From the NCBI GenBank assembly GCA_019695115.1, contig JAIBAP010000013.1, positions 36,179 through 100,178 on the forward strand: DNA of 64,000 bases, read 5' to 3'. The notes below the pieces were generated by a model, which was not told where the DNA came from, did no database searches, and saw only the letters and a list, made by a program, of their open reading frames with translations. The DNA is from Caldilineales bacterium. GTDB lineage: Bacteria > Chloroflexota > Anaerolineae > J102. This document shows positions 44,345 to 53,886 of this stretch, one piece after another (within the stretch, counting starts at the first letter, position 1; every line of letters starts with the position of its first letter). A program made the translations under genes and the position numbers.

Positions 44345-45544
44345 TCAGATGCGTGGGAGTTCCGGCGTGAAGGCTCGCTTCGAGGCGTAGACCTGCTGGC
44401 GCTGCGCCCGGCCCAACAGCCAGAAGCCGCCGATCAACAGCACCAGATTCCAGACCAACAAGACGACGCCCTCGAACGGCTGCCCCAACTCCAACTTGAG
44501 GATGATGGCGGTGCCCAGGAACAAGACCAGGGCCAGAGGCACCAGGAATTTCCAGCAGAAACCCATCATCTGGTCGATCCGCAACCGCGGGAAAGTGGCC
44601 CGGATCCAGGCCAGGATCCAGAAGACGACCAACGTCTTGGCGAAGAAATAGATGACGCCCAGGGCCGGGACTTGGTCAACAAAGGGGCCTTGCCAGCCAC
44701 CCAGAAAAATGGTGGTGGCAATGGCCGACAACACCCAGCTATTGAGGAAGAAGGCCAGGTAGAACCAGGCGAACTTCATGCCCGAATACTCGATGTTGAA
44801 CCCGGCCACGATCTCGCTCTCGGCCTCGAGCAAGTCGAAGGGGGCGCGCTCACCTTCGGCCAACGACGCCGTGAGGAAGATAAAGAAGGCGCACGGCATC
44901 ACCCACACGAACCACCCCAGGCCCAGGAACTGACCCTGAGCTTCGGCCAGCCCATTCATCCGCATTGTCCCCGCCACCAGCACCGGTAAAAGCATGGCAA
45001 AGACAAGCGGAATCTCGTAGCTAAGGAGTTGCGCCACCACCCGAAAACCGCCGATCATGGCGTACTTGTTGTTGGACGCCCACCCCGCCATCAGCGCCGC
45101 CATCGAACCAAGCGAACCAAAAGCCATGATGTAGAGCACACCGACGTTGACATCGGCGCCGATGACGCCATTGGCAAAAGGAATGACGGCCAGAGCCATG
45201 AGGACATGGAACACCGACAGGGCCGGCGCCAAGTTGTAGGCGATGCGGTCGGCCTGCAAGGGGGTGATGTCTTCTTTGGTCAACAACTTCATGGCATCAG
45301 CCGCCGTCTGCAACAGACCCCACGGCCCGGCCCGGTTCGGCCCCAGCCGATCCTGGATGCGGGCGGCAAACTTCCGCTCCAGCCAGATCAGACCAAGCAC
45401 CATGGTGAGGGCGATGACCAGGAGCAACACCGAACCCACCACCCAATTGATGGGGTTGACCAGGTTTTCGGGCACGCCCAGATTGACGAGCAAGTTCTGG
45501 AACCAGACGCCGATGTTTTTTAGATCAAGTTGCGATAAGTCCAT
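44345..45544 (-). CDS. nuoH: NADH-quinone oxidoreductase subunit H
   Basis: LERKFAARIQDRLGPNRAGPWGLLQTAADAMKLLTKEDI and AEGERAPFDLLEAESEIVAGFNIEYSG (NuoH/ND1 signatures). Confidence 0.92.
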   Translation of the reverse strand: MDLSQLDLKNIGVWFQNLLVNLGVPENLVNPINWVVGSVLLLVIALTMVLGLIWLERKFAARIQDRLGPNRAGPWGLLQTAADAMKLLTKEDITPLQADRIAYNLAPALSVFHVLMALAVIPFANGVIGADVNVGVLYIMAFGSLGSMAALMAGWASNNKYAMIGGFRVVAQLLSYEIPLVFAMLLPVLVAGTMRMNGLAEAQGQFLGLGWFVWVMPCAFFIFLTASLAEGERAPFDLLEAESEIVAGFNIEYSGMKFAWFYLAFFLNSWVLSAIATTIFLGGWQGPFVDQVPALGVIYFFAKTLVVFWILAWIRATFPRLRIDQMMGFCWKFLVPLALVLFLGTAIILKLELGQPFEGVVLLVWNLVLLIGGFWLLGRAQRQQVYASKRAFTPELPRI

Positions 45545-45572
45545 GCACTTCCTCCAAAGTCCTGACTCGTAT

Positions 45573-45836
45573 CTAGTACGTTTCTCGTAGTAGCGACTTT
45601 AGCCGCTAAACCACGAACGACTGAAGTCGTTACTACGGATGGTGTTCGCTAGTACGTTTCTCGTAGTAGCGACTTTAGTCGCTAAATCATGAACGACTGA
45701 AGTCGTTACTACGGATAGTGACCGCTAGTACATTTCTCGTAGTAGCGACTTTAGTCGCTAAATCATGAACGACTGAAGTCGTTACTACGGATAGTGACCG
45801 CTAGTACGTTTCTCGTAGTAGCGACTTTAGTCGCTA
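45573..45836. repeat. 76-bp tandem repeat x3.5, AT-richer than its surroundings, each unit able to form a three-way junction
   Basis: Units start at 45573, 45649, 45725 and 45801. Within each unit CGTAGTA...TACTACG encloses the hairpins TAGCGAC-ttta-GTCGCTA and AACGAC-tgaa-GTCGTT. It lies between nuoA and nuoH. Confidence 0.9.
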
Positions 45837-46190
45837 TTGCCACTCCAGCGCACCCTTGCGCCAGGCATAGATCAGGCCGGCGGCCAGGATGACGACGAAA
45901 AGGATCGCCTCGACCACGGCGAACAAACCGACCTGATCGAAGGCGACCGCAAAGGGGAACAGGAACATCGCCTCGATGTCGAAGATGACAAAGATCAGCG
46001 CAAACAGATAGTATTGCGCCCGGAACTGCACCCAGGTGTCGCCGATCGTCTCGACGCCGCATTCATAGACCGAGTTCTTGATCGGATCAGGGCGTCGTGG
46101 CCGCAACAGCCAGGCCACCCCCAACCCAACAAAAGGAAAACCCAGGGCGATGACCGCCATCACGCCAATAAACCCATAATGATCGAGCAT
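45834..46190 (-). CDS. nuoA: NADH-quinone oxidoreductase subunit A
   Basis: 118 aa with VYECGVE and FVIFDIEAMFLFP (NuoA/ND3 signatures). Confidence 0.9.
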   Translation of the reverse strand: MLDHYGFIGVMAVIALGFPFVGLGVAWLLRPRRPDPIKNSVYECGVETIGDTWVQFRAQYYLFALIFVIFDIEAMFLFPFAVAFDQVGLFAVVEAILFVVILAAGLIYAWRKGALEWQ

Positions 46191-46306
46191 GCGGTTTCTC
46201 CTTTGGAAGCGCAGATGTGGCCGGCAACAGCCTTCCTCGAATAAGAACGTGGAAAGATGAGGCGACGATGAGAATGTCGCCGATGGATGAAAATTGAAGT
46301 TGGCGG

Positions 46307-46315
46307 ATTATAGCA
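46307..46315 (-). promoter_or_regulatory. extended -10 promoter element TGCTATAAT (minus strand) upstream of nuoA
   Basis: The plus strand reads attatagca. It lies about 117 nt upstream of the nuoA ATG. Confidence 0.55.
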
Positions 46316-46396
46316 CAGCCATTTCTGGCAAGGGAAGTTTTTCACATGCGTAAGATTAAGCAGCCAACCTAAGTTCGGTGGGACGAAGGCCGGCCC

Positions 46397-47167
46397 TCAT
46401 GGTGACTGCGCCCTGCCGGCGGCCCCGGCGCTGGCCGCCGCCTCAACCGCGCCTGCCTGCCTCCTTGCCCGCCTGCGCCCGCGCACCAGAACGCCGCCGA
46501 CCACGACCGCTGCCGCCGCCAGAACGAGAACCCATCTCATGCCTGACCAGGGCCTGACAAGGGGCGAAACAGCGACCGGCTCTGGTGGCGAGGAGGGGGC
46601 GGCAGCCGGCGCCGCCAGCTTGACGGTAGCGGCGTTGGCCGGGGCCAGGCTGAGATCGCCGTAGCCGTTGGCCCGCATCAGAAAGGCTGTCAGTTGCCAG
46701 TATTCTTCGTCGGTCAGGCTGCCGGGCTGCTGCCAGGGCATGCTTGCAGCGATGAAGGCATGAACGTCCGCCGCGGTCGGGAACTTCGCCAGCGCGCCCG
46801 GCCCGATGATGGCCGGCGCCGTGCGCGGGAGGACAAAGCCATCGGGCGGGTGGTTGGCGGCGTGGCATTTGGATTGCCAGCAGTTGCGGTCGGATGGCGC
46901 CCACGAGGCGCGCCACTCGTCGGTCAGGCCCTGCCCCCGGCCGCCGTGACAGGCGCTGCAAACCAGCCGATAGACCTCGCCGCCGCGATCGGCCTGGCTG
47001 GCGCTGGCAGGGAGGGTGGGAACCAGGAGCCAGCCTTCGGGCGTGGGCATCGTCACCATGCCGGTAGGCGCAGGGGGCGTGGCGCCGGCTACCGCTCCCC
47101 CCACCATCATCCCGGCCGCCAATGCCAAAAAGCAGACGAGAATGCGAAAACGGGTCTGAGAAAACAT
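46397..47167 (-). CDS. membrane-anchored c-type cytochrome (class I-like, monoheme CSACH plus a CX4CH-like CWQSKCH)
   Basis: N-terminal signal/anchor, CSACHGGRG, Met-ligand-like IAASMPWQ, and a C-terminal TM WVLVLAAAAVVVGGVLV with an Arg-rich tail. The start is uncertain (ATG 47167 or GTG 47218). Confidence 0.7.
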   Translation of the reverse strand: MFSQTRFRILVCFLALAAGMMVGGAVAGATPPAPTGMVTMPTPEGWLLVPTLPASASQADRGGEVYRLVCSACHGGRGQGLTDEWRASWAPSDRNCWQSKCHAANHPPDGFVLPRTAPAIIGPGALAKFPTAADVHAFIAASMPWQQPGSLTDEEYWQLTAFLMRANGYGDLSLAPANAATVKLAAPAAAPSSPPEPVAVSPLVRPWSGMRWVLVLAAAAVVVGGVLVRGRRRARRQAGAVEAAASAGAAGRAQSP

Positions 47168-47263
47168 GAGCAATGAAAAGCGTGAAACCACAAGGCCGAC
47201 AGCCCTCTGTGATTTCACGCTCTTTGCAGACAGGTGCTGACCGCAGGCGAGGGTGCGAACGGC

Positions 47264-48286
47264 TCAGCGCGTCCCGCGCATGCGAGGATCGAGGGCGTCG
47301 CGCAGACCGTCGCCCAGGAAGTTGAAGGCGAACATGGTGAGGGCCAGGGCGATGGCCGGGAAGAGCACGATGTGCGGGTAGGAGCGGATGCTGCGGGCGC
47401 CATCGGCAATCATGATGCCCCAGGAAGGCGTAGGGGGATTGACGCCCAGGCCGATGAAGCTGAGGAAGGCTTCGTACGAGATGTAGGCAGGGATGGCCAG
47501 GGTTTCGGCGACGATGAGGGGGCCCAGGATGTTGGGTAGGATGTGCCGCCACATGATCTGGCGGTCGTTGCTGCCGATGGAGCGGGCTGCCTCGATGAAC
47601 TCTTTCTCTCGCACCGACAGCACCTGCCCGCGCGTCAGCCGCGCTGCCCCCATCCACGAGGTGAGGCTGATACCGATGAAGATGAAGAGCAGCCCGCCCA
47701 TCTTGGCATCCAACGCATTCATGGTGTAGCGCAGGGTGCCGGGTTCGGCCAGGCCGGCGAAGGAGGAACGGAAGAAGGCCATCAGCAGGATGATGAGCAG
47801 CAAGGTCGGGAAGGCGTACATGATATCGACGATGCGCATCATGATCTCGTCGACGCGTCCGCCAAAATAGCCGGAAACGCCGCCGTAGACGGTGCCGATG
47901 ATCATGGCCAGCAAGGGGCCGAGGAAGGCAATGGATAGCGAAACGCGCGTGCCATAGACCACACGACTGAAGAGGTCGCGGCCCAGGTCATCGGTGCCCA
48001 ACGGGTAGAGGGTGCTGACCTTGGCGTAACCCTTTGTAAAGGGGAACAGGGAGATCATCCATTGCGGCACCTTGTTGGCATCGCGCGAGACTTGAGTGGC
48101 AAAGGAATAAGGGGCGATGACGTCCGCCAGGATGTAGATCACGATCATGATGGCGATGATCGCCAGACCCACAACCGCTGCCTTGTTGTGGAACAGGCGC
48201 CGCACGGCATCCGCCCACAGGCTCGTCTCTTTACCCTTGAACGTGCCGCCGACGGCTCGGGATTGAGCTGCTTCTGCGCTTGCCAT
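47264..48286 (-). CDS. peptide (Opp/Dpp-type) ABC transporter permease
   Basis: 6-TM binding-protein-dependent permease with an OppC/DppC-like N-terminal extension. It sits in an operon with oppB-, oppA-, oppF- and oppD-like genes. Confidence 0.8.
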   Translation of the reverse strand: MASAEAAQSRAVGGTFKGKETSLWADAVRRLFHNKAAVVGLAIIAIMIVIYILADVIAPYSFATQVSRDANKVPQWMISLFPFTKGYAKVSTLYPLGTDDLGRDLFSRVVYGTRVSLSIAFLGPLLAMIIGTVYGGVSGYFGGRVDEIMMRIVDIMYAFPTLLLIILLMAFFRSSFAGLAEPGTLRYTMNALDAKMGGLLFIFIGISLTSWMGAARLTRGQVLSVREKEFIEAARSIGSNDRQIMWRHILPNILGPLIVAETLAIPAYISYEAFLSFIGLGVNPPTPSWGIMIADGARSIRSYPHIVLFPAIALALTMFAFNFLGDGLRDALDPRMRGTR

Positions 48287-48299
48287 ACTTTATCTCTCC

Positions 48300-49355
48300 T
48301 TATTGAATGCGGATGCGCGGGTCCAAGAAAGCGTAAACGATGTCCACAAAGGTATTGGCGATGACGAGGATGAGTGCGTACAACAGGATTGTGCCCATGA
48401 TCACCGGGTAGTCACGGTTGGACACGCTGTTGACGAAATACTTACCCAGGCCGGGGATGCCAAAGACCAGCTCGATGACGAAAGTGCCTGTCACCACGGC
48501 GGCGAAATAAGGCCCCAGGATGGTGACAACCGGGACGAGTGAGTTGCGCAGGGCGTGCTTGGTGATGACCGCGCGTTCGGGCAAGCCCTTGGCGCGTGCG
48601 GTGCGGATATAGTCTTCACGGATGACCTGGAGCAGACTGGCGCGCGTCAGCCGGGCGATGAGGGCCGAACCAGCCATGCCCAACGCCACCACCGGCAGGA
48701 TGGCGTAACGAAAATAGTCGGCGTTGAGGGTGCGGGGCAGAAAACCAAACACGAACGGCGGCTTGGCGCCCCAGCCCGAAGGCGGCAGCCACTTGAGGAT
48801 GACGGCAAAAATCATGACCAGGATCGGCCCCAGGACGATGGCCGGCACCGAGACGCCGAAGATGGCAACACCCATGCCAGCGTAATCCCAGATCGTGTTC
48901 TGCCGCAGGGCGGCCAGGATGCCGAGTGGGATGCCCAAAACCACGGCCAGGAGCACCGCCATGATGCCCAGCTGCATCGAGACGGGAAACTGGTCGCGCA
49001 GAATGTCACTGACCGAACGGCTCTTGCTGCTGAACGATGGGCCGAAATTCATCCACCGGAAGTAGACGCTGCCGACTTTAAAATCGATCAGGGTCGAGTT
49101 CAGCACCGAGATCTTCGGTTTTTCGGTCGTGATCTGCGGCACGGCCACATCGACTACATAGCTGCCATACTGTTTCCAGAGGGGATCATCGAGGTGGAAT
49201 TTGGCCCGCAAGTTCTCCATGATCTCCGGCGGCAGCGCCTTCTCGGTGTCGAAGGGCCCGCCGGGCACGGCATGCATCATCACGAAGGTCAACAGGGAAA
49301 CGACAAAAAGCACCAGCACCATCCATAACAGCCGTCGAATGATGAAACGCGCCAT
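48300..49355 (-). CDS. peptide (Opp/Dpp-type) ABC transporter permease
   Basis: MARFIIRRLLWMVLVLFVVSLLTFVMMHAVPGGPF is a typical OppB/DppB N-terminus. Confidence 0.85.
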   Translation of the reverse strand: MARFIIRRLLWMVLVLFVVSLLTFVMMHAVPGGPFDTEKALPPEIMENLRAKFHLDDPLWKQYGSYVVDVAVPQITTEKPKISVLNSTLIDFKVGSVYFRWMNFGPSFSSKSRSVSDILRDQFPVSMQLGIMAVLLAVVLGIPLGILAALRQNTIWDYAGMGVAIFGVSVPAIVLGPILVMIFAVILKWLPPSGWGAKPPFVFGFLPRTLNADYFRYAILPVVALGMAGSALIARLTRASLLQVIREDYIRTARAKGLPERAVITKHALRNSLVPVVTILGPYFAAVVTGTFVIELVFGIPGLGKYFVNSVSNRDYPVIMGTILLYALILVIANTFVDIVYAFLDPRIRIQ

Positions 49356-49483
49356 TTTCGACCTCCTTCAGAAGAAAAATAGCTGAAAGTTCGAGATTGC
49401 GGCCTTCGCCGCAATCTCGAACTTCGATCAGGGCGAGACGACGGCCTTGCGGCGAGCCGTCTCACCCTTCGGGATGCTACCGG

Positions 49484-51331
49484 TTACTGCTTCACCGACC
49501 AGTTGTAGTAGAGCTCGTGGCCGCCGGTCGAGAAGGTGCGCTCGATCCACGGCTGGGTGAGGGTGTTGCGGGCGTACCAGTAGATGGGGATGATGGCGGC
49601 GTCGGTCTTGTTCAGGATATCTTCGGCCTGAGCATAGAGATCGGTGCGCGTCGCCAGGTCCTTCTCGGTCGCGGCCTGCTTGACCAACTCCTCGAACTGA
49701 TCGTTCTTCCACATCAGACCGCCAGCCGGGTTGCCATCGGCATCGGTCGGGTTGGACGAACCATTGACGGCGAACACTTCGCGGGTGAAGTTGTTGGCAT
49801 CGGGGTAGTCCAAGCACCAGCCCAGGCGCCAGATCTGCGGCGTGTCCAGGCCCTTGATCGTGGCCAGGTAGACCTTCCATTCCTGATTGGTCAGGTTGAC
49901 ATCGAGGCCCAGGTTGGTCTTCCACTGCTGCTGCGCCCATTCGGCGATCTTCTGGTGGCCAGACGAGGTGTTGAACATCAGGGTGATGTCGAGCTGATCC
50001 ATGGTCTGGCCCGTTTCCGCCAGATAGGCGTCCAACTCAGCCTTGGCGGCGGCGGCGTCGAACTTGATCCCCAGGTCGGGGTGATCGGCCATCGTCGGCG
50101 CTGCGGTCAGGCCGGGGCGAGCGAACCACTGGGCCGGCTCTTGGCCGCCCTTGAGCACGTTGTCCACCAGGTCCTGGCGGTCGAGGGACATGGAAAGGGC
50201 GCGACGCACGCGGGCATCGTTCACGAACGGGGCTGTGGTGTTGAAGCCGTAGTAGTAGGTGCACAGGTTGGGCGCCACGACGTACAACGCCGACAGATTC
50301 GGGTCGGACTTGACGCGGTCGATGTCGGCCAGCGGCACGGCGGTGGCATCCAGGTTGCCCACCTCGAATTCGGCCATGGCGGCGGTCTCGTCGAGCATGC
50401 TGAACTGAACCTCATCCACCTTGGCTTGCGCCACCGAGTCGGTTCCAGGCCAGAAGGGATTCTTGACGATGGTCAACGACGAGTCGTGGACCCATTCCTT
50501 CAGGGTGAAGGGGCCGTAGGACTGGAAGAAACCAGGTTCGATCCAACGTTCGGCGCGGGCCTCGGTGCAGTCGTCGCCTTCGATCAGCCACTTCGGGGTG
50601 GCATAGGCCGTCCACAGACCGTGGATCATCGGGTTATAGGCGACATCGTCGACAGTCTTGATCTCGAGGGTGGCATCATCGATGGCCTTGACGCCAACGG
50701 TGGCGGTGTCGGTGACCACGCCATTGTTGTAGTCGGCGGCGCCTTGGATGGCGAAGGCCAACACATAGGCGTAGGGCGAGGCGGTGGCGGGAGTGAGGGC
50801 GCGCAGGATGCCGTATTCGAAGTCCTTGGCTGTCACCATGCGATCCGTGGTGGCGCCGCTGTCATCAGGACAGCTCTGCACTTTGGCCACCTGCTCGCCA
50901 TCCCACCTGACCCAGGGCACGTCGGTGCGCAGCTTGTAGGTGTAGGTCTTGCCGTCATCCGAGACCGACCATTCGGTGGCCATGCCGGGCATGAGCTCGC
51001 TGGTGACTTCGTTCAAGCGGGTGAGGCCGACGAACGAGTTGTCGATGACGGTGATCGAAGAGGTGTCTTCGGCCACGTTGGGGTCGAGCGAGGGGACGTC
51101 GCCGGGGCCAAAGTTGGCGCGAACCACGTTGGGCCGCATTTCGGGGCCGGGCGTGGGTGTCACCTCGACCTGCACTTCCTTCACGACTTCCTTGGTCACT
51201 TCGACTTGCACTTCTTTCGTCACTTCAACGACCTTCTCGATGACCTGAGGCGTGGCCTGGGCGCAAGCCGAAAGCGCCACTACGGCCAGAAGAAGGACGC
51301 TGAGGACGAACAACGATTTGTTGCGAAACAT
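49484..51331 (-). CDS. peptide ABC transporter substrate-binding lipoprotein (SBP family 5)
   Basis: Start at ATG 51331 with GGAGGAG upstream. Lipobox LSAC in MFRNKSLFVLSVLLLAVVALSAC. A Val/Glu/Lys/Thr repeat linker precedes the family-5 SBP body. Confidence 0.85.
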   Translation of the reverse strand: MFRNKSLFVLSVLLLAVVALSACAQATPQVIEKVVEVTKEVQVEVTKEVVKEVQVEVTPTPGPEMRPNVVRANFGPGDVPSLDPNVAEDTSSITVIDNSFVGLTRLNEVTSELMPGMATEWSVSDDGKTYTYKLRTDVPWVRWDGEQVAKVQSCPDDSGATTDRMVTAKDFEYGILRALTPATASPYAYVLAFAIQGAADYNNGVVTDTATVGVKAIDDATLEIKTVDDVAYNPMIHGLWTAYATPKWLIEGDDCTEARAERWIEPGFFQSYGPFTLKEWVHDSSLTIVKNPFWPGTDSVAQAKVDEVQFSMLDETAAMAEFEVGNLDATAVPLADIDRVKSDPNLSALYVVAPNLCTYYYGFNTTAPFVNDARVRRALSMSLDRQDLVDNVLKGGQEPAQWFARPGLTAAPTMADHPDLGIKFDAAAAKAELDAYLAETGQTMDQLDITLMFNTSSGHQKIAEWAQQQWKTNLGLDVNLTNQEWKVYLATIKGLDTPQIWRLGWCLDYPDANNFTREVFAVNGSSNPTDADGNPAGGLMWKNDQFEELVKQAATEKDLATRTDLYAQAEDILNKTDAAIIPIYWYARNTLTQPWIERTFSTGGHELYYNWSVKQ

Positions 51332-51495
51332 GTGAGTTTCTCCTCCGAAAGGTTGATTGGGAAAGGTTACATCCCCGCGCTGGGGATGTCGACGAGGGTA
51401 TGACGATCGGCGAGCGAGCCAGGCCCGTTGTTCGTCACGATGTTCGATCAAGAGGCTGAACCTCACCTCCTTTGCAGATGGGATTGTCTTGTGAG

Positions 51496-51540
51496 TCTCG
51501 TAGCAGGAGTCTCGTAGTAACGACTTTAGTCGTTCGTTCG
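51496..51540. repeat. short relative of the 76-bp nuo repeat (CTCGTAGTA-ACGACTTTAGTCGT)
   Basis: gtctcgtagcaggagtctcgtagtaacgactttagtcgttcg, read directly. It lies between the oppF-like and SBP genes. Confidence 0.7.
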
Positions 51541-51669
51541 TTGCCTCCGAGCGTCTCAAGGAGCGAAGCGGTCGAACCCGCTCCGGCGACATCGATTGTT
51601 CTTTACGCTAAGCAGCCTGTACAGGTCTGTAATCCGATTTACGATCAAAGGGCAATGACGGCATTCCTT

Positions 51670-52662
51670 TCAATCGTAAAGATGACAGGCCACCCAATGC
51701 TCCTTGCCGGCGCCGCCGATGTCCTTCCATTCGGGATCGACTTGACGGCAGACATCCATCACCCGCGGGCAGCGGGTGTGGAAATGGCAGCCTTTGGGCG
51801 GGTTCAGAGGGCTGGGGACATCGCCTTGCAGGATGATGCGCTGACGCTTTTCCTCCACCGTCGGGTCGGGGATGGGTACGGCCGAGAGCAGCGCCTGCGT
51901 GTAGGGGTGTTTGGGGTCGGCGTAGAGCGAGGCGTAATCGGTGAGTTCGACGATCTTGCCCAGATACATGACGGCGACGCGGTCGGAAATGTGCCGCACC
52001 ATCGAGAGATCGTGGGCAATGAAGAGGTAGGTCAGGCCCAGTTCGCGCTGTAAATCCTGCAAGAGGTTGACGATCTGCGCCTGGATGGAGACATCAAGGG
52101 CCGAGATCGGCTCGTCGCAGATGATGAAATCAGGGTTGACGGCCAGGGCGCGGGCCACGCCGATGCGCTGGCGCTGGCCGCCCGAAAACTCGTGCGGATA
52201 GCGGTTGACAAAATAGGGGTTCAGCCCCACCAACCGCAGCAACTCCTGCACCCTTTCTTGCCGCGCTTTGCCCTTGGCCAGGCCGTGGATGTCGAGCGGT
52301 TCGCCGATGATGCTGCCCACCGTCATGCGGGGGTTGAGCGAAGCGTAGGGGTCCTGGAAGATCATCTGCATGCGCCGGCGCTGGCGCCGCAGCGTCTCAC
52401 CCTTCATGGTCGTCAGTTCCTGGTTGTCGAACTTGACGCTGCCGGCCGTGGGGTGATAGAGCTGCAAAATCGCACGGCCGGTGGTGGATTTGCCACAGCC
52501 GGATTCGCCCACCAGACCCAACGTCTCACCGGCCTTGATGTCAAAGGAAATACCATCCACCGCCTTCACATCGGCGACATGGCGCTGAATCAGGATCCCC
52601 TTGCGGATGGGGAAATACATCTTCAAATCACGGACTTCGAGCAGTTTGCCGTCTTCAGCCAC
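51670..52662 (-). CDS. peptide ABC transporter ATP-binding protein (OppF/DppF-like)
   Basis: Walker [10 protein letters not shown], signature FSGGQRQR, and a C-terminal Cys/His oligopeptide-ATPase tail. GTG start at 52662 with GGAGG 5 nt upstream. It overlaps the oppD-like stop by 8 nt. Confidence 0.85.
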   Translation of the reverse strand: MAEDGKLLEVRDLKMYFPIRKGILIQRHVADVKAVDGISFDIKAGETLGLVGESGCGKSTTGRAILQLYHPTAGSVKFDNQELTTMKGETLRRQRRRMQMIFQDPYASLNPRMTVGSIIGEPLDIHGLAKGKARQERVQELLRLVGLNPYFVNRYPHEFSGGQRQRIGVARALAVNPDFIICDEPISALDVSIQAQIVNLLQDLQRELGLTYLFIAHDLSMVRHISDRVAVMYLGKIVELTDYASLYADPKHPYTQALLSAVPIPDPTVEEKRQRIILQGDVPSPLNPPKGCHFHTRCPRVMDVCRQVDPEWKDIGGAGKEHWVACHLYD

Positions 52663-53662
52663 GTTCGCCTCCGTTCTCGTTTGCACTGATAACGTCTTCC
52701 CACCGCCAACAGGCCACACGACGGGTCGATGTCACAAATTCCAGGACCGGCGTTTCCGTCTCGCAGCGATCGACCCGGAAGGTGCAGCGCGGGGCAAAAG
52801 AGCAGCCCGGCGGCGGATCGATCAGATCGGGGGGGAAGCCGTCGATGGGGATAAGCCGTTCCTGATGGGCAGCGTCCAGGCGCGGCACAGAGTTCAACAG
52901 ACCCAACGTATAGGGATGGTGCGGTTTGCCGTACAGGTCATTCACCCGCGCTTCTTCGACGATTCGGCCTCCGTACATCACGATCACCCGGTCGGCCATC
53001 CCTGCCACCACCCCCAGGTCGTGCGTGATCCAGATGATGGCCATGCCGATCTTGTCTTTCAGTTCCCGCACCAGGTCCACGATCTGCGCCTGAATGGTCA
53101 CATCCAGGGCGGTAGTCGGCTCGTCGGCGATGAGAAGCTGGGGGTTGCAGGAAAGCCCCATGGCAATCATCACACGCTGGCGCATACCGCCCGAAAACTG
53201 ATGGGGATAGTCGTCAAGGCGGCTGCCGGCGCTGGGGATGCCCACCAATTCCAGCAGTTCGGTGGCCCGCTTGCGCGATTGCTCTTTGTCCATGCCCAGG
53301 TGCAGTTCCAGCGCCTCGGTGATCTGCCGGCCAACGGTGAGCACCGGGTTGAGCGAGGTCATCGGGTCCTGGAAGATCATGGCGATGCGGTTGCCGCGCA
53401 CCTGTCTGATCTCATCGTCGCTCAGTTTTGTCAGGTCCCTACCATCGAACCAGACCTCGCCCGCCGTTATCTTCCCCGGTGGCTGCGGGATCAGGCGAAT
53501 GAGCGTCATCACCCCCACGCTCTTGCCGCTGCCGCTCTCGCCCACAATCGCCAACGTCTCGCCTTCCTCGAGCTTATACGACAACCCATTGACCGCGTGG
53601 ACAACGCCTTCTTGCGTGAAGAATTTGGTTTCGAGTCCTTTTACCTCGAGCAGTGTGGTCAT
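52655..53662 (-). CDS. peptide ABC transporter ATP-binding protein (OppD/DppD-like)
   Basis: Walker [10 protein letters not shown] and signature [11 protein letters not shown] 53662 is preceded by AAGGAG. Confidence 0.85.
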   Translation of the reverse strand: MTTLLEVKGLETKFFTQEGVVHAVNGLSYKLEEGETLAIVGESGSGKSVGVMTLIRLIPQPPGKITAGEVWFDGRDLTKLSDDEIRQVRGNRIAMIFQDPMTSLNPVLTVGRQITEALELHLGMDKEQSRKRATELLELVGIPSAGSRLDDYPHQFSGGMRQRVMIAMGLSCNPQLLIADEPTTALDVTIQAQIVDLVRELKDKIGMAIIWITHDLGVVAGMADRVIVMYGGRIVEEARVNDLYGKPHHPYTLGLLNSVPRLDAAHQERLIPIDGFPPDLIDPPPGCSFAPRCTFRVDRCETETPVLEFVTSTRRVACWRWEDVISANENGGERG

Positions 53663-53886
53663 TCCAACTCCTTGATCATGAGGTACCACAACCACCAGGC
53701 GGCTGCGACAAAGCCGCCGGTCTTATGAGGGCCGAAGCGAGCAACGTGGACGACGCACAGGCGACGCGGCCAACGCCTCACAAAATAACCTACGGGACTT
53801 CTAAGTGGGCAGGCAGTCTAGCATAACGCCGAAAGTTCTGTCAAACAACTTTGTGAGCGCAGGAGGGCCAAAAAAGCCGACCATAT

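Noticed and set aside
45573-45836. 76-nt repeat units as tRNA-like genes
   Set aside because: The length matches a tRNA, but there is no acceptor stem pairing the unit ends, no T-loop GTTCRA motif and no anticodon-arm geometry. The fold is a three-way junction of simple hairpins.
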